A DNA stretch of 62,229 bases, filler included, from Nemertoderma westbladi (lineage: Eukaryota; Animalia; Xenacoelomorpha), in assembly GCA_032718475.1 (NCBI GenBank). It is 3 parts of 3 records of this genome, joined end to end, with 100 filler letters (N's around TTAATTAATTAA, not from the genome) between each part and the next. Parts side by side here need not be neighbours in the genome. Positions count along the whole stretch, not along the records: positions 1 to 16,140 come from JAUCBJ010006121.1; 2 more parts are not named here. One strand, given 5' to 3'. A program made the position numbers and the translations under genes. Positions 1-11,816 of the stretch are shown one piece after another. Position 1 is the stretch's first letter. The number at the start of each line of letters is the position of its first letter. Below the pieces are notes generated by a model. The model searched no databases. It saw nothing but the letters and a program-made list of their open reading frames with translations, and was not told the origin of the DNA.

Positions 1-81
1 TAACTGTTTAGAGTATTTTTATATTTTAGAAACTGTGATTTTGTATATTTTATAGACTTAAATCCCATTTTCTGGGAGCGG

Positions 82-1296
82 TGTAAAAGCTTTTGTGGGA
101 TAACTGATACGTTTGCCTTTGCTGGCCAGTTCCCCCCAGTCGCTAGAATACTCTCAAAGGGATTTATAACTAAAATAGTGCAAGCTACCAGCTTATTGGC
201 TGATGTGCTGTACGGAGATATCTGGGCTCAGTTTAATCGGCCAACTAGCTTAGAGAGGTTGCCTTAGCCTTGCTGTCCGTATCGGCCAATAGAATTTGAG
301 TGGGCGTTGATTTCGACCTATCCCAGCGCTACTGAACTGAATTTCCTATCTCACTGCTCATCCTCTGTGTTGGACGGGAGCTTCGGGGAATAAGAGTTTT
401 TGGTATACTCGTATAGTAGTAGTAGTCATATGATTTTATATGATTCTGTTGTTGTGTTCCCATTTTCGCCATAACACCGGCTTTTTGGGAAGAACTCTAG
501 TAAAACTGCTTAAATTATCGAAAGTATAAACTGTTATCGAATCCTCACGAACTAACGAATCTTAACTAATCAATCTTAACTTACTTAACTCACTATTAAT
601 TATATTGTTTGTACTGTTATTTACCGTCAGTTATTAATTGTACCTATTTGTTGATGGAAATATTGTTCTTTGGATAATACGGATAAATCACCCAAATTTC
701 CCAATTTTCTTGATACACTACAGGTTAGAGAGACCGGCTATATATAACAATTGCGATTTATATTAATGTGGTGTGTATTGAATCTAATGTTATTTAGCAG
801 GCCCTACATGAGTCAATTGCTGCTCTCTTTATGTGTGATCAAATATACTGACGGTCGGCAGAATAGTGTGTATGATTGTGATTGGTAACAAAGTATTTCC
901 TAAAGAATACGCTTTATACTTTAATCATAAGCGGTATCGTTGCGTTTTAGTATAAGTCTTAGTTCTGTTTAAATAGATAGAGCGCCACGTCCTAAAGGAA
1001 CTGTTAATATTTCCCGAAAGCCAATAATATCTGTCAGAAATTAATTATTAACGATCTATCGAATAATACAGTAAGTTTACGCTGCAACCTTACACTGCAA
1101 TAATAAAATTTAAGCATCCGAATTCAGCCTCCCGGGTGTAGATCCATCGGGTGAATGATCGCGCATGGGCTGACTTCGGCTAATGTTTTGCGTATTAGCA
1201 TAACATATTGTCTTGTGCTAAAGGTGTTTTTAATTAACTAAAAGACATATAAATTTTGGCAGGTTAAACTGCTAAAGGTCTTCAAAAGCGCGAACA
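82..1296 (+). mobile_element. LTR-like dispersed repeat (TGT...ACA), probable 3' LTR
   Basis: Starts TGTAAAAGC right after a purine-rich GGGAGCGG tract and ends GCGCGAACA. An inverted homolog at 44327-45558 shares both ends. No TSD seen. Confidence 0.5.
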
Positions 1297-1586
1297 TGGC
1301 TAATTTCGTCATTGTAGCTCTGTACTAAAACAGACGCCAAAGGGCATAAGTCTATACATTCGACAATACCTTGAAATAATGCTGGCCTTTTTAGAGTAGT
1401 TCGCCAATCGCCACGCTTCTCAATTCTATTGCGCTATGATATTTACTATTATATTGCTCTTTTTTGCTATCAATAACTATTTAAGTGGTGGCAAAAAAGT
1501 TGACTTTTTCGCTTTCTTATTTGTCTCGCTACGCTTGCTAAATAATATTGCTCGACAAAAAATCATGAGGTTCTTTTTTCTAGAAC

Positions 1587-1700
1587 AAATATTTGGGGTT
1601 TGTCTTTTTGCCGTATGTGTACGTATTTTCAATAGTTCCCGTAGCCTACCGTAGGCTACCGTATGTGGGACGTATTTGCCCGTATTCAGGAAGCAGTAGT
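1587..1700. repeat. Short dispersed repeat, inverted copy at ~9925-10025
   Basis: CAAATATTTGGGGTTTGTCTTTTTGCCGTATGTGTACGTA...CCCGTATTCAGG is the reverse complement of 9930-10025. Confidence 0.75.
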
Positions 1701-2089
1701 CAGTGCACTGCAGCACTACTGCACTATGGCTAAATCTCACGGTACTGTACCTGGCCTATTTATCCATGTTTATAGACCAGTACGTACAGTGCAGGTAAAT
1801 AATACAGCGAGCCGGCTGTACTGTGGTAAGATTATACAGCTCGCGCTTTGTGGGGTGAGCCACGACGTTGCCGGAGCCTTAGTGAACTGACAATGTTAGG
1901 GGTGGGACAATAATGACAAATAGTTGTTGACGCCGCGACGTAGTCTTCGTTACGATTTGACATGCTAATAACTTTGTCGGATTTAACGCTCTGTCGTGTT
2001 GAAAATTTGTTGGCATTATTATAGGACCAAAAGGTGAGATTGTTTAAAAACATTAAGAAACCCAGTTCATCAGTCTCCAACATGTCGCA

Positions 2090-3817
2090 CAACATGGATT
2101 TAGGAAGTCAAGATCAACGATCACACAATTACTTACATTTCTAGACAATGTCTACAAGGGTACGGATAATGGCCAATTGACAGTAGAAGTAATATACAGA
2201 AATTTCCAGAAAGCGTTCGACTCTGTCAGCCACGAATCCGTTCTGCGAAAATTATGGATAATGGGGGTCCGCGGAAATCTCTGGTATATCCTCCGGAGCT
2301 ACCTAGCAGGAAGAACACAGTCAGTAAAAGTCGGAAACGCGAAGTCAACTCCCCGATCTGTCGACAGTGGCATGGCTCAGGGGTCCCTATTGGGACCACT
2401 ATTCTTTGTTGTTGAGAGCAATGATCTCCCAGAAGTTTGTCATGTCAGCATACCATTTCTCCTCGCAGACGATTGCAAATTATTATCAGTATCACATGTC
2501 GATTCCATCATCAACACACAATTAGATATTGACCGACTTGTGACATGGGGTCTCGAGGCTGGACTAGATTTTAATGAACCGAAATGCAAGCAAATAGTCT
2601 TCAAAGGCGACATAGAAGCTCGGTCATTGTACTCAAGGACTATATCTCGAGTCGATACAGAGAAGGATTTAGGAATAACCATAACATCAAATTTATCATG
2701 GACCGCCCACATTAAGGACAAATGCAGTAAAGCAAATAGAACATTATACCTGATCCGAAGAAGCAGTTCTTTTCGCCTACCAGTACAATCCAAGCTAAAC
2801 CTCTATAAATCCATGGTATTGCCAATCTTAACCTATGGGTCGCCTTGTTGGTTTGCCAACAAGACGGACGCACACAAACTCGAGTCCATCCAGCGGAGAG
2901 CAACAATCTGGATTATTGGTAATGACGATCACACCTACAAGGAGAGACTCATAATATTAAACATTCCACCGATCTCATTATACTTACAATTATCCGACCC
3001 AACTAACCTTGTCAAAGATAATAAATAATAAATACGACATTGACTGGTCGCCACATCTAAAGATGAAGCAAACAAACCTCAGAAGAAACACTCGTAGCGC
3101 TAACCGACCCTCGTTTGATCTCACACACCCCCTAAAGTGCATATCAAAGCAAAATTTCTGGTTTCGCGCACCACAATTGGCAAATCAGCTTCCCCTTCAG
3201 ACAGAGTATTTTAATCACGTTGGTTTAAAGGCGCGCCTATTGAATCTGTTCTGGGCCCACTTTCACCAACATTACGATGTTGACATCACTTGCAGTTGGA
3301 AAATTAACTGTGACTGTACACAGATGAACTGCAACCTCCGAATATTGAACCTTAACAACTTACTCACTTGATTTTATTACTTGCTAAAATATTTATATTT
3401 TTATCACCTGCTGTACCTTCTGTTGATGTATATATATTTTCATCACTTGCTCTGTTGCTGTATTTATAATTTTATCACTTCCTGTATATATACCTGCTGT
3501 TGCTGTATATATATTTTGATCACTTGCTGTATATATATTTTTATCACTTGCTGTATATATATTTTTATCACTTGCTGTATATATATTTTTATCACTTGCT
3601 GTATACATATATTTTTTATTTACCAATTTCAGTACGTACATTGCACAACATATGAACAAACAGGATTAAACATAAATATATTTTAATTTTCTCGGATAAC
3701 GAATACTGGATTGTCTTTATTTTAATAGTGCTACTCAGTCTAAATTGTATATTTTTGTTAGTCTCCATTAATTACGTTTTTATTTCAGGGGGCGACCCCT
3801 ACACTATGTGTAAATCC

Positions 3818-3875
<58 letters not shown>
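2090..3875 (+). mobile_element. 5'-truncated CR1/L2-group LINE (RT domain, frameshift near 3000, 3' UTR, (TAA)n tail)
   Basis: In-frame QHGFRKSRST from 2090, then FQKAFDSV, GMAQGSLLGPLFF, LADD and EKDLGITI. C-terminus continues in ORF 3009-3371. (TAA)n at 3820-3875. Confidence 0.9.
3390..3620. repeat. ~24-bp minisatellite (TATATATTTTTATCACTTGCTG) in LINE 3' UTR
   Basis: Direct tandem copies visible; they explain ORFs 3381-3686 and 3393-3659. Confidence 0.85.
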
Positions 3876-3877
<2 letters not shown>

Positions 3878-3899
3878 TCTAAACATTAAATGTCCTCCA

Positions 3900-4505
3900 A
3901 TTTCTTTGCTTTTAATCCGTACAAGCTGAAACTTGGCAGATATTTTTCTAGACCATTAGCTGTGGCATAACAAGTCTGTAGTTCTCTTGTCTTCCACTAG
4001 AAAGCGAAATGCCTGAAAGTGAAAGTATTGACCCATTCCGTTATTTATGATCCATACAAGCTGAAAGTTTTCAGATTTGTGCTAGAACACATCCTGTAGG
4101 CCTATCTCTGTAATCGGTCAGTCTGCAGTTTTACAGTATGTCGCTAGAGGGCGAAATGTAGGATAAGTACTAACCTTCCAGTTCCTTTGATCTTAATCTG
4201 TTTAAAGCTGAATCTTGGCAAATATGTACCAGTGTATGTGCCGCTAGGAGTTGAAATGTCTGAAAGTGAAAACTTTCTCTCATTTGGTTATTTTTTATCC
4301 ATTCAAGCTGATACTTGGCAGACATGCTAGACCGTAGACCATACTGTACATAGGTAGCATCTTTGTTGGGATGGTATTCTCTCGGCAGTTCTCCAGTCTA
4401 CCGCTAGTGGGCTGAAATTAAACATTTTAGATATGAGTGAAATTAAAACGTCAGCCCTTTCGTATTATTGTTTATAATCCATTTACTGATACCTGGCACA
4501 TAGGT
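3900..4505 (+). repeat. Degenerate ~130-140-bp tandem units; related copy at ~57470-58100
   Basis: Recurring AAGCTGAAACTTGGCAGA...CCAGTCT...CTAGAGGGCG motifs at both loci. Confidence 0.6.
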
Positions 4506-4539
4506 CACACCTTGTGTAGTGGTTGCATAGAATTCACAT

Positions 4540-4735
4540 CTCTAGTAGGTCGTGGGTACAATCCACGCATGGGCTAGGGCATTTGTCGTTTCAGTAGGAA
4601 TGCTTTAAAGGAACCAGCCAGGGTGCATATCTGACTTGCATCCTTCAATGAGTACTGGAGTTTCATCTAGGGAGTAAAGTTCTGGGGGGACCGCACTGGA
4701 AATAAGTCGTCAGACTTTGTGCGTAATCCCTGGCC
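4540..4735 (+). mobile_element. Degenerate SINE-like element with an L2-type 3' motif
   Basis: B-box-like GTGGGTACAATCC, CATCCTTCAATGAGTAC core, and a GGACC...TGGAAATAAG motif shared with the LINE 3' end at ~13950-13987. Confidence 0.45.
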
Positions 4736-6540
4736 TAATAGTCGAAGAAAATGTAGGCCTGCTTTTTTACTTTTACATTTACAAATATTCTAGACCTCAG
4801 ACTGAGATTTTGTGAAGTCTTAAAACGATTGCAATTACTCAGTCAGCCTCTATGTGTTATTGAGACTAGGAGACATGTTTACATTTTGCCTATATTTCTT
4901 TCGAGTTGCCACTTAACATAAGTTCAAGTCACGTGCTGCGCTAAGGCCCCACTTCGTGTTATACTAGATTTACATGAATGTGCTTATGTACTAACTATAC
5001 TGTAGTTATTTAAAAAGCACAGTATTATTTTATTTATTAATTGCCGAAACTTCAACACGCGATTTTTAAGTATAACATACCTACAGTAAATGCCATTATT
5101 TGTCGTATTTCTATTTAAAAAGAACATACAATATAGGAGACACCTTAGTGTTAGAAACTAAATCGTCCTTTATCGTCTGCTCGTTCATTACACTGGAGGG
5201 GCAATTCAACTGTCAGCCATCAACGAACAGTATAATAATTATTATGATTATTTCATAATAATTATTATCATTATATTTCATAATAATTATTATCATCATT
5301 TCATAATAATTATTATCATTATTTCATAATAATTATTATCATAATTTCATAATAATTATTATCATTATTTCATAATAATTATTATCATTATATTTCATAA
5401 TAATTATTACCATTATTTTATAATAATTATTATCATTATTTCATAATAATTATTATCATAATTTGATAATAATTATTATCATCATTTCATAATAATTATT
5501 ACCATTATTTTATAATAATTATTATCATTATTTCATAATAATTATTATCATAATTTCATAATAATTATTATTATCATTTCATAATAATTATTACCATTAT
5601 TTTATAATAATTATTATCATTATTTCATAATAATTATTATCATAATTTCATAATAATTATTATCATCATTTCATAATAATTATTATCATTATTTCATAAT
5701 AATTATTATCATTATTTCATAATAATTATTATCATTATTTCATAATAATTATTATCATTATATTTCATAATAATTATTATCATTATATTTCACAATAATT
5801 ATTATCATTATTTCATATTTATTATTATCATAATTTCATAATAATTATTATCATCATTTCATAATAATTATTATGATTATTTCATAATAATTATTATCAT
5901 CATTTCATAATAATTATTATCATTATTTCATAATAATTATTATCATAATTTCATAATAATTATTATCATTATTTCATAATAATTATTATCATTATTTTTC
6001 ATAATAATTATAACCATTATTTTATAATAATTATTATCATTATATTTCATAATAATTATTATCATTATTTTACGGTGGTGAGTTGCGGCCAATTATTGCA
6101 TTTTTTTTTTAAACGTTTAAAAAAAGTTATTTAAGTTTGAAAAAAAAAATTAATGTTTTGCTAAAAAAAATTAATGTTTTGTTAAAAAAAAATAATGTTT
6201 TGATAAAAAAAAATTAATGTTTTGATAAAAAAAAATTAATGTTTTGTTAAAAAAAATAATGTTTTGATAAAAAAAAATTAATGTTTTGATAAAAAAAAAT
6301 TAATGTTTTGTTAAAAAAAATAATGTTTTGATAAAAAAAAAAAATGTTTTGATAAAAAAAAATTAATGTTTTGATAAAAAAAAATTTATATTTTGATAAA
6401 AAAAATCAATGTTTTGTTAAGTAGGCCTACATAGGCTTAGGTACTTCATTCTTGGTTGTTGATTGTGTGCAATACGATTAGACTGTAGTCTTATTGTACG
6501 CGATACCGGTAAGCTATCCGATTAATTATTTCGTACGGAC

Positions 6541-7689
6541 ATGGACAACCGCGTGTTGCTAGAATACTTTAAGAAGGGATTTACATACAAGGAAATCTCT
6601 TGCTTACTGCGTGAAGAGCACTTTGAGGATATTTCTATACGAACAATTCGTCGACGATTGGGCGATATGGAATTGCATAAGAGGTTTCAAATCAAACGGT
6701 TACCCGAAATAGTTAGTGCAATTCTTGCGGAGCCTTCTTCTGGCTATAGACATATGAAGAAAATACTGCTGTTCAAGTATGGCCTCTTTGTCCGTGAGGA
6801 AATTGTGGCCTTCATTCAGAAAGTCTTAAATCCCGACCTAGTAAAACAACGCCTGGGGAATAAACTTGTGAGACGAACCTACATAGCAAAGGGGCCAAAC
6901 TTTATATTCCATATGGACGGATGGGATAAGCTAAAGCCGTTTGGCTTAGCCATCCATGGCTGCATCGACGGTTATAGCCGCAAATTAATTTGGCTGAAGA
7001 GTGCATCCACTAATAATGATCCCTTTATCATAGGTCAATATTTTTTAGAAGTTGTCTGCGCAATGGGGGGCGTGCCAAATTTGATACGTTCAGATCGAGG
7101 AACCGAAAACGTGAATGTGGAAACCATTCAAAGTTTTCTACGCTTTCCACACCGTGACAATTGTGCTTTGACCGGGAAAGTTTTCTTATATGGGAAAAGT
7201 TCCCGAAACCAAAGAATCGAGGCCTGGTGGTCGAAATTTCCCCAACTCGGATTGCAACTTTGGATGGACCATTTCATGGTGCTAGATTACGAGGGATTAA
7301 TTGATACATCTAACGTCCTACATATAGAGATAATACGCTATGTTTACCTGGATTTGCTGCAAAGGACTCTAGAAAATGTGCTCCTGGTATGGAACGCACA
7401 CCGTTTGAGGAAGAGTGGGATTATATCGAAGGGTGGAAAGCCAAGTATACTGTATCTCGACAAACCAAACTATCTTAGACCAGTAGGTGCTTCTTCAATT
7501 GAGCAGGTGAAATGTTTTGCGTATGATGTGCCAAACTGTATAGAATCAGTGAAAAACCTTAGTCATTATTTATTAAATAATGAATTATCATTTAAACAAC
7601 CATCAGAATGTGTAAATCTTGGGGATTGTAAAGCGACGGCGCTGTACTTAATTAATATTATTATGAAGGAAATTGATTCATATATTTAG
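6541..7689 (+). CDS. DDE transposase/integrase (IS3/IS481-like core, N-terminal HTH), 382 aa
   Basis: Uninterrupted ORF with HMDGWDKL (D), IHGCIDGYSR, RSDRGTEN (D) and RNQRIEAWW (E); lies inside the TIRs. Confidence 0.9.
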   Translation: MDNRVLLEYFKKGFTYKEISCLLREEHFEDISIRTIRRRLGDMELHKRFQIKRLPEIVSAILAEPSSGYRHMKKILLFKYGLFVREEIVAFIQKVLNPDLVKQRLGNKLVRRTYIAKGPNFIFHMDGWDKLKPFGLAIHGCIDGYSRKLIWLKSASTNNDPFIIGQYFLEVVCAMGGVPNLIRSDRGTENVNVETIQSFLRFPHRDNCALTGKVFLYGKSSRNQRIEAWWSKFPQLGLQLWMDHFMVLDYEGLIDTSNVLHIEIIRYVYLDLLQRTLENVLLVWNAHRLRKSGIISKGGKPSILYLDKPNYLRPVGASSIEQVKCFAYDVPNCIESVKNLSHYLLNNELSFKQPSECVNLGDCKATALYLINIIMKEIDSYI

Positions 7690-7891
7690 TAAGATACAAA
7701 CACATTTGCATTACTACTGTATGTATTTATTTGAATTGTATTTGAAGTGCATTTTTTGTTCCCCAACTTGTATATAGTTGTCAATAAATAAGTATAGGTA
7801 ACAATTACTGAACATATGATTTATAATTATTAAAAACATTTTAAATGATGGATTAAACCAATTATTAATAATAGACACACAGACAGACAGT

Positions 7892-7996
7892 AAACCCGCA
7901 GAAGTCCCATAACCCGTCTCAATAATCGACGGGAAACCCGCAGAAGTCCCATAACCCGTCTCAATAATCGACGGGAAACCCGCAGAAGTCCCATAA
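7892..7996. repeat. 42-bp tandem repeat (2.5 copies) spanning the ORF2 stop codon
   Basis: AAACCCGCAGAAGTCCCATAACCCGTCTCAATAATCGACGGG starts at 7892, 7934 and (partial) 7976. Confidence 0.95.
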
Positions 7997-8887
7997 TAAG
8001 TTCTCTAAATAGTCTTCTGTCATAGCGAATGAATCAAATAAGACAGAGTTTTCATAATCTGATAATATCCGACAATTATCACAAAATGGTTCATTTCTCG
8101 GCCTGGAGGTACTGCACACTGGACAAATTAACCTTCTTCCACATTCTGTGTTATCATTAGATGATGTTTCAGTGGGAATCTTATCTATACATGTAGCTAC
8201 GGCGACCTCAATAACATCTTGATTTATAGTTGAGTCAATAACATTTTGATCTATAGTTGAGTCTTCAACTACCGATAGCTTACAACATAAAATGTCAATA
8301 CGTGGTACTCCAACAACACAATTTGCAACACAATATTCATCTAAACATTTGTAGCTCTCAATGGAATCGTTATTCGCATCGACTAAAGTGAAATCGTATT
8401 CACTTGGAGCTGAAGGTAATTTCTTCGCTAACAATGTCCTATTTTTCCCATTAGGAAAGAGTTTATCAATGATAAGATTTTTTACACTTATAATGGGTTG
8501 TCGCAATGGTACCATAATCCTAAGTGTAGTTGAGGCACCAAGGGGTTTTTTAATTACCGCAGTGCCCTTACCTGTGTCGACTAAACATTTGAACAGAATG
8601 GCTTTATCTTTTAACTTTGGGCGCCCCCGCTGTAAGGAACGCAACCTTGAACTTCCTGTACCTTTTGCTTTAGATGAATACATAGGCCTAGAGACAGACT
8701 CGTCACAACTAATAAAATTCGAATCTACAGTGTTTTCTGAGGAACCCGAAGGAACCTTTTCTAAGGAACCTGAAGACGTACAACTCGGCATACTTGTCCC
8801 ACCGCGGGTTGGTCTTTCTGTATCGGAAATAAGATTGTTTAGTTCATGCCGTAAGGCAGTATAAAGCCGCCATCGCTCATTATCCAT
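7961..8887 (-). CDS. Second transposon ORF, 308 aa, unknown function, C-terminal CxxC-x8-CxxC zinc ribbon
   Basis: Open from ATG 8887 (MDNERW...); contains CPVC...CDNC; convergent with the transposase inside the TIRs. Confidence 0.65.
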   Translation of the reverse strand: MDNERWRLYTALRHELNNLISDTERPTRGGTSMPSCTSSGSLEKVPSGSSENTVDSNFISCDESVSRPMYSSKAKGTGSSRLRSLQRGRPKLKDKAILFKCLVDTGKGTAVIKKPLGASTTLRIMVPLRQPIISVKNLIIDKLFPNGKNRTLLAKKLPSAPSEYDFTLVDANNDSIESYKCLDEYCVANCVVGVPRIDILCCKLSVVEDSTIDQNVIDSTINQDVIEVAVATCIDKIPTETSSNDNTECGRRLICPVCSTSRPRNEPFCDNCRILSDYENSVLFDSFAMTEDYLENLLWDFCGFPVDY

Positions 8888-10313
8888 GACGCCGCCCAAT
8901 ACTACAATAACATACGTGTAGGCTCTATTGCTATTGATTATACAGTATATATGTACTGATACTGCACTTAAAGTACATATACTGACAGCATGTACCGGTA
9001 TGTAGCGCACTACTTTACTTTACTGCGTTACACTAAACACACCCTCATCCACAGTACAGTTAGCATCAGTGAAAGACTCTTACTCTTGCAGTTGGTGTCA
9101 GGTTTGTATAGTCCAATATGATAATAGGCCTTTCTTCCCTTCCCTACACATACCAACCGTACCGGTATCTACCTACAGCTAATATTATAATACAACACAG
9201 ACTGAAGGGAAGACTGAAAGTGAAAATCTTTCGATAGGCCTTCTGTCTTCACTTCAACAAGCCAGAAGAAAGCGGGAAATTCAAATTATACTTTATAAAA
9301 CATTAATTTTTTTTAGCAAAACATTAATTTTTTTTTAGCAAAACATTAATTTTTTTTAGCAAAACATTAATTTTTTTTTAGCAAAACATTAATTTTTTTT
9401 TAGCAAACCATTAATTTTTTTTAACAAAACATTAACTTTTTTTTAGCAAAACATTAATTTTTTTTAGCAAAACATTAATTTAAACATTATTTTTTTTTTA
9501 CAAACTTAAATAACTTTTTTTAAACGTTTAAAAAAAAAAATGCAATAATTGGCCGCAACTCGCCACCGTATTATTTCGTATTAATTATTATCATCATTTC
9601 ATAATAATTATTATCATTATTATATAATAATTATTATCATTATTTTATAATAATTATTATCATTATTTCATAATAAATATTATCATTATTTCATAATAAT
9701 TATTATCATTAGTTCATAATAATTATTATCATTATTTCATAATAATTATTATCATAATTTCTTAATAATGATAAATAATAAAAAATATCCTTGAAAAAAA
9801 AAATAAAACTCGCAGTGAATTTCCAAACCCCTGGTACCGGGAGCATAGAACACGTCGTATAAAAACACTTAAAACAGGCCATGTTGCCAGGTACAGTACC
9901 GTTAGCGGTAAGCAGTGCACCGATTATGCTTCCTGAATACGGGCAAATACGTCTGACATGCGGTAGGCTACGGGAACTCTTTCAAATACGTACACATACG
10001 GCAAAAAGACAAACCCAAATATTTGACCTGGCAGTAGGATGGTATTTTTTTCGCAAAAAATGTTTTAGAAAAAAATGTGTTCAAGAACCAAAATATACAT
10101 CATAATTGATAGCTAACACGTTTTCTATAACGTTTATAAAAAAGGTAACAGTTCCGTATAGAACTGCATTTTTAATACTTATGTCATTGTTACTATGACA
10201 ACATTGAAGAGTTCTAGAACAATAGAAAAGTATTATATACGATTCTAGAACATAAATAAATTAAAAAAATATAATGTTCTAGAAAGTATAGCTAGTTATT
10301 TTTTTATATTTAA

Positions 10314-11739
10314 CCCTATTAGTACCGGGCTATAAAATGCTGTACAAATACCGGGGGGGGGGGGGGGGTCAAATTGACCTCCCCCCCCCCCCCCTCTAAA
10401 ATCTACAAATATTAACGAAAACGTCTGATTTTTTGTTTGTACGTAGGTATCACTAGTCTGGATCCGACCGAAAAAAAATTTTCGAAAAAATGTACTGGGG
10501 TGGTAATATTGCAGCACCAAAATTACAAGTAGTGCACAATTTTCGCAAAATTTGAAAGTTACATTTTTCGGCTAATTGTTTTTCAATACAGGTTTTCTGG
10601 GACGCAAAATACATTGGAAAATATTTAAAAATGATATGATTACCATAAATGGCTGTTTAGTCCTCTATGCGTAGGAAAAAAATGAAAAAAACAAGGAACT
10701 AGCACTTTTCAGTTAGAACACAAAATTTTTAATTCACTTATACGATGCTATAAATTTACATTTTCAGGTTTTCTAGGGCGCTGATTCTAATGGAATACAT
10801 TTCAAATATGCCAGAACATTGCTACTTGTATTTTTCGGCTTAGTTTGACAAATTTTGGTGCTAGCACCAAATTTCGTACCCATCACCAAAAAGTACAAGT
10901 TTGCGATGTCCACTGCTGTTTTTATTGATTCCATTGAATTCAGAACCCTCATAAACCCGTATAACGTAAGAAACAAGGTGACACAATCAATTGATATATT
11001 TGATGGTTTTCAAAATGTGGTGCTAGCACAACATTTTGCAACCACTTCCGAAAAATACAAGTTTGATATGTCTAGTTCGATAATTATATATTCCATTGAA
11101 TTCAGAACAGCCATAAACCTCTAAAACGCAAGAAATAAATTGTCACAAGCAAATTTATCCATTGAATGGAGTTTCAAAATTTCGTTCTAGCACCAAAATT
11201 TGCACACAGCACTGAAAAATACAAGTTTGATACGCTTGGTGCAACTCGTATATATTCCATCGAAACCAGAACCCCAAAAAACCCCAATTGCGTAAAAAAC
11301 AAGTTTCAAACAATCAATTTACAAAATTGACATATTTCAAAATTTGGCGATGGCACCAAAATTTGGCACCCGCCGAAAAAAACAAGTTTGAAATTTCTAA
11401 ATCAATTTATATGAATTCCATCCAATTGCAAACACCAAAAAACCGGTGTAAATCAAAAATAGAGATGTTACAATTCATATTTAATGAAATGACATTTTCA
11501 AAAAACGTCTCAAAAAAGTGCCAAAAGTAGGGTTAAGAAATGGTGCTATAACTCGAAAACTATCCAATATTTTTGAAAACGATTTTAACTACTAGGAAGA
11601 CAATAGATATTTAGGAAAAGTCATAAAATTTCAGATTCCCAACTGCGTTTGTTTCAGAATTATAATAAAAAAAACCACGGGGGGGGGGTCATATTGACTC
11701 CCACCCCCCCCCCCCCCCCCCCCCCCGGGTTTAATAGGG
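10314..11739. mobile_element. Non-autonomous piggyBac-like element (~1.43 kb)
   Basis: TTAA|CCCTATTAGTACCGGG ... CCCGGGTTTAATAGGG|TTAA; poly-G/GTCA..TTGAC/poly-C palindromes near both ends; internal ~180-bp degenerate repeats; no transposase ORF. Confidence 0.75.
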
Positions 11740-11816
11740 TTAATTAACCTAAGAGAATTAGAATAAATGTTTTGTATGAAAATGTGGCATTGATTTGTTA
11801 TTATCATCTTGTATTA

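Larger units (their letters stand above)
6071..9570 (+). mobile_element. IS3EU-type eukaryotic DDE DNA transposon, apparently complete
   Basis: TIRs TACGGTGGTGAGTTGCGGCCAATTATTGCA.../...TGCAATAATTGGCCGCAACTCGCCACCGTA; 6-bp TSD TTATTT (6065-6070 and 9571-9576); inverted subterminal ~20-bp repeats (6140-6420, 9295-9490); two convergent ORFs. TAY..RTA termini with a 6-bp TSD match IS3EU. Confidence 0.85.
5230..9770. repeat. AT-rich ~22-bp minisatellite (TTCATAATAATTATTATCATTA), split by a transposon into 5230-6070 and 9571-9770
   Basis: The same unit is present on both sides of the element at 6071-9570. Confidence 0.9.

Noticed and set aside
6541-7689. Bacterial IS3/IS481 contamination
   Set aside because: The element is integrated with a TSD in a host minisatellite and has eukaryotic IS3EU architecture.
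8361-8864. 167-aa plus-strand ORF (and 12328-12852)
   Set aside because: Antisense shadows of longer minus-strand ORFs.
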